This document shows positions 37,332 through 50,871 of a stretch of DNA of 64,000 nucleotides, piece by piece. The translations under genes and the position numbers were made by a program. The notes beneath the pieces were generated by a model. That model worked only from the letters and a program-made list of their open reading frames with translations, searched no databases and was not told where the DNA came from. Source of the stretch: Auanema rhodensis (lineage: Eukaryota; Animalia; Nematoda); NCBI GenBank assembly GCA_964057225.1, contig OZ059899.1, forward strand, positions 7,440,001-7,504,000, read 5' to 3'. Position 1 is the first letter of the stretch. Every line of letters starts with the position of its first letter.

Positions 37332-40300
37332 ATGGATCGTAGTCCTAGTGCTGAGAACAGGGTAAGCAACATTATCAGGAACTGCGTCTGAATGTTAACT
37401 TCAGGCTCCGTGTAGTTATGAATCTGCATATGGAAAGGAAACTTCCCCCATATTGGTAAAACAAGGAAATGGTATGTTTCCAAATTGATTCGGAGAATAA
37501 GTTTTGCATTATAAGGCGTCGAACGTAGATTCAGCTCTGGAACATCGAAAAGTGTTTTATACTCTCCTGAAGTATCATATAGGAAAGAGAAGGAAGCTAG
37601 ACGAAAGAAGTGGGACTCAAAATTTCAATAAAATTGTTTTTTAAATGTATTTAGCAATACCGTTTCACCATCTAAGCGTAATGCTGCCGAATTAGCTAAA
37701 TCCTCTGCAACATTGTAAGACTGATCGCAAGTAGTGTTTAAAATTAAATATTTTTAGAGAAAAAAAAAAGGTTGAAGATGCTATAACTCGTGAAAGACGC
37801 AAGTGTAAGACTTTTTTATTAATTATTTTTACAAATTTATTATTAAAGTGGAAGATATTCCTCGGCAACACCAAGAGGAATATGACTCTCTACTATTATC
37901 GGAAACCGTGAAAAGTCAATACCGTAAGAGCCCTTCAAAACATGAGTAGGCTACATAATATTGAATTTAATTATGATCTGAATTCAGTGTTTCTGACGTA
38001 ACTTACCTTGGTACACAGTCATTTGCTATACCGATAAGTGAAGACGCATTATGCCATGAATATAAATCCATATTGGCCAAATTGTAAGATATTACATTAA
38101 TCTGTTTGTTCATTACTTACGATTAAGGGAAAATGTGGCAAAAGAAAGAGAAAACTCAGTAGTGGCTTCTGGGGTGATTGAATCTGTTAGTTTTCGCATG
38201 TTGATTAAAAAATTTATGAAGGATTTAGGTTAACTTAAACATGAGTCACATTGAGAATGAAATCAAATTAACTGAACAGCGATTTAGAGAAAATAACACA
38301 GTACGTTGAACGAATTAATTCATAATAATTAGTGATATGTTAAGATGACAGTTCTTGACGATGCTGGTTATGCCGTTCCTCAAATTTTAGAAGATAAAGA
38401 TAAAAGTGCTATTCTTTCTGAAGAGTTCCGATCTCCCTTTGATTCTCCTAGCAGTTGGTTCTAGTTAGCAATATTAATATTATAATTATCTTAGAGCTTA
38501 ACGATTCTACTAACACACCAACGAATCGAATGTCAGCAGAGGAAATGTTTTTTACTCCAATGGTAGATAAAAAAAGGTTTGCAATTTTTTCTTTTTTTTG
38601 TGAATTTACAACATTTTAAGCAAAACAGTAGAAAGAAACTTAATCACTCACCAAGTAGAAAAGGCTTCTAATACATTGAAACGCATGACTAACGAAGATA
38701 AACATGATTTGTAAGATAAATTAACAAGTTTGAATAGGAGTTTATGTTTTAGGGAAAATGCGACTTGGCGTTCTCCGCAAAAAAAAATTCAAGGTGATCC
38801 TATTCCAGAATTTGAAGATTATCGTCAGTCTATGCCAATAAATAGCAATTTGCGTAAGATGTTCTGATGGGGTTCATAATTTACTTTTATTTTTTTCAGA
38901 TAATTGTAATGAAGCCCGTAGTTCGTTACCTGAAGTAGCGAGAAAATTGAATGAAAACTCTACTACTCCTTTAAAGAACTCTCTTCAAAGAACTTCCACT
39001 GAGCATGATGAAAAAGAATCTTTCGCCAATAAGTAATATCCTTATTCTGTTGATATTAAAGTTTTTTTTCTTCAGAGAGGATGCTTTAATAAGACCCCGG
39101 GCTTTGGGTGCACAGCTTTCTGCTCAAATAAACTATTCCGCTCAAATAAATAATATGGAAGAACATTTGGAAACTGCGAAAAAAATAAATGACGATTTTA
39201 ACGTAAAAGTATATTTATTTAAATTCTGCTTTCATGAGTACTATTATAGGCTAATAATTCAAATGATAAAACCGATCTTAATATGGCATGTTTCTATTAA
39301 TTTTACACATTCTTTTGTAATTATTGTTTTCTTTATTTTAGAGCAGTAAGCTAGGAAACCAAGATATCGACGAGCTGTTAGATGGTATAGAACTGTTCGA
39401 AAGTACTTTGATTGAGCCTGTTCTGGTTCCGAAAAAAAGAGTAAAAACTTCTCCCTTATCAAGGTACTTCTTAGCGCTTGAAATTTTATATATATCTTCA
39501 TTTAGCATTACAGAAGATGCTGCTGAAATTAAGCACACTTCACAAAACAAAGTTCACCACCAATCCGTTCCAGCAGAAGCTGCCAAAGTACGAAGATGTG
39601 CACGTATGATTCTGAATAACGTGCTCCATTATCTTTTTGTTTTAAGCTTATTTACAAAAGTCTATTGAAAAATATTGCAACGATGTTAGAACGCTCGAAA
39701 AACTTGAATTAAGGAAGCTGCAAGTATACAAAAAGGTGACACGAAGTTTTTTTTTCTTAATTGCTGTGTTTAGTTAGGATTATGTCAGTCGGAACTGAAA
39801 TCGATGGAATCTGATGTCAGAGTCATGAGCGACAGTATGATAGTCGATGCTAATATGTGGATTAAAATTGGAATAGGCAAGGTATTTTCTTGTATTTCTC
39901 TTCTGTTGATCTCATCATATGTTATTATTCGTTTATAGGATATTCTTGATCAACGATGCAAACAGCTAGCTAAAATGTATAGCAAGGTCTCGGTAGAGAT
40001 AAAACTTTTGGCGTCGTTATTGTCCCAGAAGTTTGAAGTTGGGACTCAGTCCCCAAAGCCTGTTAGGTTTTTTTTTGAGAATAGTTGCTTTTTTGCTTAT
40101 TTTTGTGTTTAGTACCGCTACAATGATTAATCATATAGAAGATACTGTAAAAGAAGAAAAACAATTGAGGTTCATCCAATACTTGAAATTGTTCAATTAT
40201 TATAAACATACAGAGATATTGCTGTCGGTAGTGATTCTATCCTTCATATGGAGCCGGATATTAAATGCGAAGATTTGATGTCTTCCCGCGATATTAAACA

Positions 40301-42579
40301 GGAGTTAGTGATGAAACATAAGCGGAAAAAAATATTGTTTAAGAACTTCTGAGGAGTCAGATCAAGATGAGGGGTTAGAAGAACCTATTCTAGAAGAGCA
40401 AACTGAATATTTGCCTATTTTTTCAAGTGAAGAATTCAATATGAATAATTTAGATGGACAATCAGAGTTTGTAAAATTTGATTTTATGTAATGTAGTATA
40501 TTTCGTATCAGGGCTCCCGAAATTTCTTCTACTCCAATTGTACCTCCTTTAAATTTGTCAAGTCTTTTGGATGAAGAAACCCCCGAATACTCTTCACAAA
40601 GGAAGGAAACAGAGAAGTTTACTTGCTCAATAACAATAAAAATAATATTTTGAACAATGTAGGGCTAATACGTCGTTGAGTAAGGACTCTTTCTTGTTGA
40701 ATGATTCAGACAGTAAGTTAGTTAACTCTTTCTCCTTGATCATTTTCTTTCAGTGAATAATAGTCGATTAAATACAAGCGAACGCAGTGAAGGCAAGAAA
40801 AATATGGCTGAGTATGTTTCTATTATTCTGCAGCAATTACTATATTCATTTACAGACGATTCATGGCTGTTTCACCTAAGACGTCACCCCAAATTCCATC
40901 AAGACAGTTTCCAACATATAGCTTAGGTACTCTATTTTCACTGTTTGTGTTCAATATAAATTTTCTTTTAGATTTTACTTTTAACGACTCAAGAATATTT
41001 AACGATATTCTCTCTCCTACTAAATTTAATAATTCAGTCGATTTGAAATGCAGAGAAGGTGAATTTCTACCCATAATAAACATAATATTATGATTTGCTA
41101 TCTAGATGATGATATTACTCCTAAGAAACAAGGTACTACGAGCCCTAATAGAATGCCTGAATTCAATAGTGCGAAACCTATTTCTTTGTTACCTGGTTAG
41201 TTTTGTTAATATAAAATAACTCTAACAATCTTTAATAGATTTCATGTTAAACGAGTCAGAGGAAGATTTAGAGGACTTTCTCGGAGTTTGTACCTCGAAA
41301 ACTAAGAAAGACGACACTGTTATACTTTCAAAGGATACAGGAAGTGATACTATTCTGAGTGCCGCTGTTCATTATCCTGTTATTGAAAAAAATGTCACTG
41401 AGATATTCAACGGTCAGGATAAGTCCTTAATACCCAATTAGAGACAACTTTTTCAGGTGTTGATAAAACTTTTGATCTCGAAGAAAGCATGAAATCCATC
41501 AGATCCGAAGAATGGATTACAAAAACTGTATGAATTTTCAAAATAAGTTCATGTATCATAGTATTATTTTAGATAGTCGAGCTGAGTAATATTGTTTGGA
41601 ATAAAAGAAATGAACCAGGCTTTGATGGATTTGCAGAGATCGATGTTTTTGATTCCTTTAATGAGTAAGTTTGTGTATACTGTTTTCTAATAATGCCTGT
41701 GTAAAGTTTGAAAGCAGACGTTCCATTCAAGCATTTTACATCGGATGATCGTCTGCAAGCAATGCATGATGAAATGAGGTGAAAAAATACCAAATAAGTT
41801 TTATTAAAAGATGCTCATTATTGAAGGATACTGTACTACGCTTCAGTTTTGAACGTTGCTGCGGATTTATGGCCTAAACAAAATGAATCTGGTTTGTTCG
41901 GCTTGCCAAAGGTAAGATAATTTGCTTAAATAATTAAATAATTAATTATACAGCCTTCCTTATACGTCACAGACAAGCGACCTGAATCTGTAACATATCA
42001 AGAATTTACTCAAGCATGTCTCAAAAAAATAATTAAGTCTAAAGGTATCACGCGTTTTATTTTTATTTATAATTTAAGTTATAAGACATGTATTACTTAA
42101 CGGGAAGAATATTCAAAAACGATAGTGATCCCGAAAAAATGGCTTTTCAACTATTGTATTGCGATCGAGGATTTTTGGTCTGGATTGAATTTAGTGTTTA
42201 CCTTTAATTCAATTATAGGATGAAAGTATCACCAGAAGGGTTAGAGAACTAGAAGGACAAGTGGTGGACAATATCACTGATGCCGTTGAAGCTGAAATTG
42301 TTGATTCACTGTATGTATGCCATATTAAACATAATAATTTCAATGCTTTTCAGATTCAGGGATGACAAAACGGATGAGCATTCTAACAGCATGTTTGGTT
42401 CTTTCAGCAACTCTTCTTTCTTTTCACAGGGTCTCATCGAAGGTAGATTTTCTATTGGAAGAAGGTCTAGCATTACTAGGGAATCTCTTTCTAAGAGGTA
42501 ATGTTATAAAATTGTTTATTTCTAAGGAATTTTATTCAGAACCCCCAGCCCACTCGTTTTAGCCAAAATTGAAGAGTAA
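37332..42579 (+). CDS. Large multi-exon Ser-rich coiled-coil protein, tentatively CEP350/CAP350-like
   Basis: A series of short exons runs from MDRSPSAENR to TPSPLVLAKIEE* (not every junction checked). The gene itself is well supported; the family call rests on three motif resemblances (see findings). Confidence 0.55.
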
Positions 42580-42846
42580 TTTGTTTATAATCCCTACTTA
42601 TGTTTTACTTGAATTTAACATATACTTCCTATACTGTTGTTCTCGTACCCGATACTCATTAATAATCCTTGATACTCGGTAAATCTTTCTACTGTCTTGT
42701 ATTGCAAATAAATGTTTCATCATTATTTCTAATATATCCTTCATTGTTCTAACTATCTGATACCGATATGTCTTATATGTTTTGCTTATAGTCCATTCAT
42801 TAATAGATTTTGATATTGGTGGTATGAGGTTCGCATTTTATTAAAT

Positions 42847-45584
42847 ATGGATGAAAGGGGTAACGATTCATCATACGCGAGTGTAACTAAAGGCAAATCT
42901 TCTGATCTCCCTATTATGGAGAAAGAAACCGTAATAGTTGTGAGTAAATTAATCTCCTCAATTTTATAATGAATCACAATTTAGTCCCCTTCTAATCCCG
43001 AGCCACAGACCAGATCATGGGCATCTTTATTTGTTGGACGTGATGAAGACTCCACCAATCAACCTTTAGAAGAATCTGTTAAACGGTATATGGATAGCAA
43101 TGGAACTATAGCAAACGTTGGTATGCCACCTGAGAATTCGAACATTAGTAATGATGCAAAACCAAATCAGGTAAACATAGCGTTTTCCTGTGATTCATTT
43201 TAAAGTTAATCATCAATATTGAACTGCCGTTTAGGTTGATCAAAATTGGAAATACACAGGAAATTATGTGCCTAATCCATATATGATACAAGCTAGCAAT
43301 GCTTTTGGGGTATATGAAGAATATCTTTTATTTCTATCGAAAACGAACTTTTTAGTATACCAGTGAGACCCAATTTTCGCCCTACAGTTCTCTACCTGTA
43401 TACCATTACCAACCAGCGCTATTTTCAGTCCCTCCACCTACAATGCAGTATACTTCAGGAGCGGTATTTAAAATTTATATATTTTGCTATTCACTCCCAT
43501 AATTTATATAGGGTCCAGCAATGAAACCTGTACCACAAGCATATGTTCAGCAAACTTCTACTGCTTATCAGTATTATCCTCAAACTGGAAATATGTATTG
43601 TAACAATCCCTATATGACTCAGTCATACTCAAATTATTCTCCTATGCAATATGGATATTCACAGAATTACACCAACGGTTATGTTCATTCATCTTCTCAA
43701 AATCATATGCCAATGGTTATACAATTCGAGTTTCTTTTCTATCTGCGAATTCTAGACCACCGCTCCTGAAAAAAAAGTACCTAAGAAAGAAATGGATTCT
43801 TGGAATAATGCTGTAGCTGTAATGGAGCGAGAGCGTATAATAAAAGAAAAAATTGGGCTTTTAATAAATAACAGGTATTGCTTTATTTAAATAAATAATA
43901 GCACCATTCGGATTATAAGATATCGAATTGTTCAAAAAATAAATGTCGGGAGTTACGGCGCCATTTACACTGCTTTGGTCATTTCTGATCCAGCGCACAG
44001 TTTGGTTGCCGTTAAGTTCGAAACTGGTACGATTGAAGCTGTGCTATCAAAGGTTCAAATTTGTTTTTAGCATCTGTTGAAGATTCTCATCTACGGTACG
44101 AGCACGACGTTTATAAGGTAAGTTTTGCTTAAATATATTACAATAATATACTTATCAGGTTTGTCATGATGGTCCACGTTCTAAAAAGAATAAAAGCACC
44201 GAGGGCTTTGCCAAAGTTCTTTGGATTGGCGAAGAATATCAGTATAAGTAAATTTTGTTACTTTTAATTCCATAAGTTTATATATTCATAGAATTATGGT
44301 GATGGAGCTCTTGGGGCCCTCACTTGAAAATCTTTTTACATATTGCTCATATCGTTTCAGAAAAGAGGTGATATATGATCAGTAAATAGTTTCATAGAAG
44401 GCATAATATTTAGACAGTGTATGAGCTGGGAATGCAAATGTTAGAACGTGTAGAACATCTGCATAGCAGAGGCTTTATTCATCGAGACTTAAAACCTGAA
44501 AATTTTTTGATGGGACTGGGCTATCGGGAAACTGTGTGTTATCTCATAGATTTTGGTTTGGCTCGTCGTTATAGGTACATAATCGTTATCGAATAATCGA
44601 AATTTACTTCTTGTTTTACAGATTTAGAGATGGAGCAGATCTTTCTCATGTGCCCTTTCGAAAAGGAAAAAATTTAGTAGGAACCGCCAAATATGCCAGT
44701 TTAAATAGCCATTACGTAATTTTTGATATATAGAGAATTTAAATGTAGTAACTGAAATTACAGGGTTTAGAATTATCTCGGAGAGATGATCTTGAATCTT
44801 TGGGATATATTCTCCTAGAATTTATGGTTGGCGAGTTGCCATGGAAGGTTTGATAGTTCAATTTGTAATTTGTTACCATTTAATGTGCTTGAAGGAGACG
44901 CGCAATCGAGCTCGGTATCGCACTAAGCAACAGAGTTACAATCGTATCAAAACGGGAAAAGAACAGTTGGACTGGGACGCAACATGTCCAGCTTTGGCAG
45001 AATGGATTAGGTATGCCCGAGGAATGGAATTCACAGAAAAGGTTTATTAAACGAATAATTAAATTTCTAATATTCTTATATTCTTATATAGCCTGACTAT
45101 GATCGATTTCGAGAATATTTGCGCCAATATATTATTCAATCGGATGACGTATCCATTCCGAATATTGAGTTATCAAATATGTCTCTCAGAGATAGAGAGT
45201 AATTTATTTTAGTAAGCTTAACAGTAATCATAGCCAATTTAGGGAGCTTAAATTTGGTGCTGATTCTTCAGTTGATCTTCGGAAAAATATCGCATTATTT
45301 AATACTACAGAGAAAAACGCTTCCAGAGCGATTGATGTTTTGCCAGAATTGGTAGCTAATAAAACTGAAAATCTTCGATTTGAATGGTTAGAACGTAGAG
45401 AAAGCTCTGCGTCCGAGAAGTATACTTATGATTGTCTATATAGGTATGTAATGATTATTTCTTGCCCTTATATGATAAATTTATCAGGTGGACATTACCT
45501 TATGGTGAAGCTCCAACTTTACCTCCCGATTATCAGTCGTCAATGAGCTTCGGATACGGTATAGGAGAAGGTGGATTTGCATAA
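42847..45584 (+). CDS. Casein kinase 1-family Ser/Thr kinase with a long low-complexity N-terminal extension
   Basis: [77 protein letters not shown]; ends GEGGFA*. Confidence 0.93.
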
Positions 45585-46276
45585 TAACCTGCTCGAAATT
45601 GTTGAAATAACCAGTATTTGTTTGTTTGTTTTTAAATCTGTTGTGAAATATTTTTAAGAGATTGTTGATTTTATCCTTTTGTAATACTTTAGGTTTTAGT
45701 GGTCTACATGTTTTAATTTCCTTTATATGTCACCATATTATAGTCTTATCAGATTTTGTTTAGTTAACCACGGGTTGATAAGTTTATACGGTTATGTTCT
45801 CATGATTGTTTCGCTGAAGGCTTTGAATTATTTGTAGGTTGAGACAACATTAGAAATCTTAATATTTTATTTGTTTATAAGTAATTCCACAGTTTAATGC
45901 AAAAAAGTATTTTTTATCTAATTTCCATTATACTAGATGTTTATATGTATATTTGTATTAAATATATTTCTTGGAATTCTATCACATGTATCTTCAAATA
46001 AAGTAATATTTAAAATAGTTCATAATTTTTAATAATTGAGAGTTTAATATAGCTTAACTTGAACCAATGCTATTTAGATAAAACAATTTTGACTATCAAT
46101 CTTTAATCTAATAGTATTTTAGAATGAAAAACTTTAATTTGTAGTTTCATTAATAATCTAAAACACTATCAAAGGCTTTGTGTTATTCTATGTTGTTTCT
46201 AATATTACCACAAGATATAATAACAAATTCAAAGTTTTATTGAAAAGTGAGCAATCATCATTCCAAAAGTCATTTT

Positions 46277-47598
46277 TCAAATTTTTTGCAGCTTGAGCAT
46301 CTTCCGAAGCATTTTTTTTCTCATTCTTCTTTCAAACTTCGCAAAATCATGAAGTTTCTCATGGGCGTTATAAACATCTGATGGCTGAGGGAATTGATTG
46401 AAGTTAAAGCTTGGTGCATCAGTTGGTAGAACATTTGTCGTAGTTATGTAGGCCGACTCTGTGGTTGCATCTGTTTGAGCAGGTGAGATATATGCGGATT
46501 GAGAAGAGGTTTGAGTAGGTTGAGGAGGTGCTGGAGCGAACATATCACTAAGAATGCTTTGAACACCACAGTCAGAAGGACAATAGCTAGAAGGCATTCC
46601 TGGATCTCCTGGAGGTCCGAAGCTTCCTTCCTGGCCTGCATGTCCAGCTTTTCCAGTTTGCCCAATTGGTCCCGTTGGCCCAGTAGGACCTGGATTTCCG
46701 GGAGCATTGGAGTTTTTGCCTGCTGGTCCCGGTCTTCCTTTCATTCCTTGAGGTCCTGGGGGTCCGATAGGTCCTTTGATACCAATTCCAGCAATAACGG
46801 TATCTCCTTCTGGCCCCTTCGCACCGACTGGACCCTGTACTCCTGGTTCACCGGGGAAACCGTTGTGTCCATGTGGTCCATCCATTCCCATGCTTCCGTC
46901 AGGTCCTCCATGTCCTGGCATACCAGGATATCCTTGCATTCCTCTTTCTCCTTGAGATCCTCTAGGACCGGGTGGTCCAGCTGGACAGATAACACATGGA
47001 AGCTCCTGCTCTGCCTCGAGTTGAATATCGTATCCATCATCACCAGCCTGAATTGAAATTTATTCTAAACGACCATTCGGGATTGAATATACCATTCCTG
47101 GTCGACCTGGTTCTCCTGGAATACCATCAGTACCAGGTAAACCTTGAGGGCCTGGCATTCCCATAGGACAAGCCAATTGAAAGCATCCTTTACAGAAACC
47201 ATATTCTAATGGGTTGTCACGTTTTCTGCGAGAAAACATTAAAATATCTGAAGCTGGAACATTTTCTCTGCTTGACATTATTTGTCTCCAGAGAAAATTA
47301 GAAGATACCTAAAAGAAACATTGTTATATGACGGATTAAGTAGTTCTGAGATGCATTCTCTATGAAACATCATGTCATCGTCGTAAGGGAGAGCCCCAAA
47401 CAACAGATTTAGCTATTAATAAAATGGAAAAAAACAATGATATACCTTGTAATTAACTGAAAGAAGTTCAACATCTCGTTGGTGTAAGTTAATACGATCA
47501 TAGAGAGTAGGAATCGTAAATAATAACCCAATGAGTGTTATGGATGAAACAGTTAATGAAAAATTGGCTAATTTATAATAAAACACATTAGTGTCCAT
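46277..47598 (-). CDS. Cuticle collagen (DPY-2-like cysteine pattern), 3 exons
   Basis: N-terminal TM/Col_cuticle_N domain, furin site RRKR, CKGCFQLACP, ELPCVICPAGPPG, Gly-X-Y blocks, YCPSDCGV, and a long S/T-rich then basic tail. Confidence 0.95.
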
Positions 47599-48184
47599 TT
47601 CTGAAAAACAAAATATATCCAATAGATTAGAATAAAATATGAATAAAGAATAAAAATAATATTATATGCCTCAAATATATATTTATAAAATTAAGAAAAA
47701 AAAACTATTCGAAAAATCTGAAATTTATAAGAAAGAAAAAGTGACAATATTAGGATGTCTTCAACATTTATATCCCAACTTTTTTCAAGTAGGACAGCAC
47801 GGTTGGATAAAAACATGTTCTAAATTTCTAACGTTATTATCTCATCGTGGTAACGGTGCTTTCAAAATCCATTAGGTACATCTCCCAAATTGCGACAACG
47901 TTTCATTAGATGATTTCTGATTCAGGTCAAGGCGCTTTTTGTAACAGAACCTAACTGAGATAAAAAGTCAGCCATAGCTATTTGAAATGAATATTAGGAC
48001 ACATTTAGAAGAATGAACTATTAATGAACCATGTAAAAAACTGTAATACCGTCGAAGGAAGAAATAAAATGTTCCAATTAGGATAAAGTCATCGGATTTC
48101 ATTTGAGGAAATATCGTTGACACTACACTTCATGCCATCTAATGATAGCTAATAGTAGATATCTTTAATTAATTAAAAAATAAC

Positions 48185-48188
<4 letters not shown>

Positions 48189-48222
<34 letters not shown>
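48189..48222. repeat. (TA)n microsatellite
   Basis: Direct reading. Confidence 0.92.
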
Positions 48223-48227
<5 letters not shown>

Positions 48228-49009
48228 ATTTTTAACATAGAAAACAGTTTGTTATTATTATTATATGAATTTTGTACCTTTTATATACGGATACTAAGCA
48301 AAAACAATGCTCCTTTATATGTTATATGTTTAAATATTTTAATAAAAACAATTTAATTGAATGTTAGATTAATATTATTCTATGATTTATACTTTATATT
48401 AATCAATATAAATATAATTAGAATTATATCATTAGAAGCTGATATGATATCTGAATATGTTTATATTCGTAGAAGAAATGAGCTTTTAAAGAAGAACATA
48501 TTGATTTTGAAAAGCTGTATATTTTCATTTTTCCCTTAAAATTATAATAATTTGTATGCTATATCTTTCATATTTTTATGTTAACATTTATTCATTTTAT
48601 GAAAGAATATTGAAAAAATGTGAAAATCAATTTCTTTATATAAGTTCATAATATTTCAATTTAACTCGTCATATCAAAAAACTTAATAAGCATTATTTAT
48701 AGAGAAAAATATTCTATAAATTCTATAATAATTTTATTTAATAATAAATTTTAAATATATTATAATTTTAAAAATAATTTAATATATAATAAACTATATA
48801 CATGTATATAATTATAATTAAGGAAAATGAATCACACACATTGATCAGGGTTATACAGACATAATAATTACAAACAATAAAATAAATCTTAATATATTAA
48901 CGAATATTAACAAATATATTTTAAAATAATATTTGCATATATCTTTATTAAATTCAATAGAATTTTTAATATAATATTGTTTAATTTCAATAGTGAAATG
49001 TACATCAAT

Positions 49010-49661
49010 TTATTGATCTTCTAACCATTTTTTTACATCATTTGCTTTTTCTTCATTAGCAACAGTATATAATGAATTCTAAATAAAGAAAGATTCAATT
49101 GTATATTTCAAAGACATAGTTAAAATATGAATTAGGTATAATATGTTATTTTATAAATTTACCTTATAGTTAGAATCTGATAATATGTCATAATCAGATT
49201 TAGTAACCATCATGCTATCCATATCTGATTCCATACTATAAATGATTTTAATTATGAAACTATATTTATATTTTAATAATACCTTGGCATTTTTAAGACA
49301 TTATCTTCTTGAAATGTTCGTATTAATCGTTTATCTGTTGTTTTAAATTCAACACATGATCTTAAATATTAGATTATACAAGAATTTAACAAAGAAAATA
49401 GATAACTGACTTTGTTTTACCAATTTGGGAAAGCTTAAAATGATGCTTAACTATTGGTTCTTCTCCAATTGAATCAAAACAAGCTTAAAAGAAAAGAGAG
49501 ACATATACATATGAAAGATGTAACATACGAGGATCCTGAACCGATTGAGTAGATGATTGAGATTTAGGTGATCCAGTATTTTGACTATCTGTTCGTTTTA
49601 ATAAACTGCATAGTTTTAATCGTTTTCTCAGATCATATTCACTTGTTGATTTCGGTGGCAT
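49010..49661 (-). CDS. Unknown small protein (~140 aa, 5 exons)
   Basis: TTTTCAG acceptor, then MPPKSTSEYDLRKRLKLC...PCFDSIGEEPI...SCVEFKTTDKRLIRTF...NSLYTVANEEKANDVKKWLEDQ*, with frame-consistent GT-AG introns. Confidence 0.7.
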
Positions 49662-50637
49662 TCCTGAAAATTTAATATAAATGTATAATTTAAATAAAAT
49701 TAACAACAAATAATTATATAATAATTAATATAAGTATATTAATTAGTTTTTCAAATATTATTTAGATTGTAGGTGAACAAAGCTCAAAGTATATTGATAA
49801 GAAAAAGTTATGGAAGCCTTAAATTATATTTATATTCTTCACTTATAATGACGTCGTTCAGGCTCTACCCACCCACGTAGGTGATTCTTCTACTTTCATC
49901 AGTTCTAAAAGTGATGAATGAAAGTTGAAGTAAGGAAGGTAGATTCTTTCATTGACGTTAAGCTTTGAATTCTGTTCAAGTATGACAGTATATCTTAAAA
50001 ACAAATACAGTTATAGAATTTTAATAATTTGTAATAAAAAATATTCTTATACATACATATATTATAAAATAAATTATTATTTTTTTAACATTTACGAGAG
50101 TAAACTCAAGCATATTGCTAAAACAATACGCTGTATAAAGCTACGGAAACCTTATAAAAGCTCAGATCGTTTAAAAGGGATAAATTCAAGTTTATTAGTA
50201 TTATTTTAATATATTATATATCAATATATTTAAAACAAAATAGAATATATACTATATTAAACTACAAAAATCACAAAAAAACACATCATGATTTATGTAT
50301 GTTTATTGGAATATTTTGAACTTCGTAAGAATGAAATTAAATTAACAAAAAAAGTTTTATTCAATTTATATTAATTTTTGAAATAACTAAGATTGAAAAG
50401 TAAAACATTATATATACTTTATTATAAATAATTATAATAATTGTATTATTATTATTATTATTATATAAATAAAAAAATATAAGACAACAATTGTCTTTAA
50501 TATATTAAAATATTAAAAAAAATATAAAGAGGAGTTAATGATGAATGAGAGTAAATTGTCACCATAACAACGATTAACAGATATCTCTCTTGAGTTGTTA
50601 CTGAGCTCATAAGAGAGGAAAGTGACGGAAATTTATT

Positions 50638-50871
50638 TCATCCCAATGGGAAGTATTTAGCTTTATACATATACATATGTTTATATATAATTTTTATTAT
50701 TAAAGTTATGTTAAATTTACTAAATAATTATATTTCATATTATAATTATAATTATTAAAAATTAAATAAATATATAATCTTACTGTGAGGACCATCCTGT
50801 CCGAGTAACACTTCTCTAGCTTTATTACTGAATCCTCTATGTGGAGCAATAATTGCGCTATCATCAGCCAT
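50638..50871 (-). CDS. Candidate 36-aa micropeptide (2 exons)
   Basis: CTTTACAG|C ATG; exon 50871-50784; GTAAG donor; exon 50660-50638. Product MADDSAIIAPHRGFSNKAREVLLGQDGPHTKYFPLG*. Confidence 0.5.

Noticed and set aside
46499-47056. 185-aa plus-strand ORF, and other long antisense ORFs over lam-2 and ifa-1
   Set aside because: These are shadow ORFs opposite real coding sequence.
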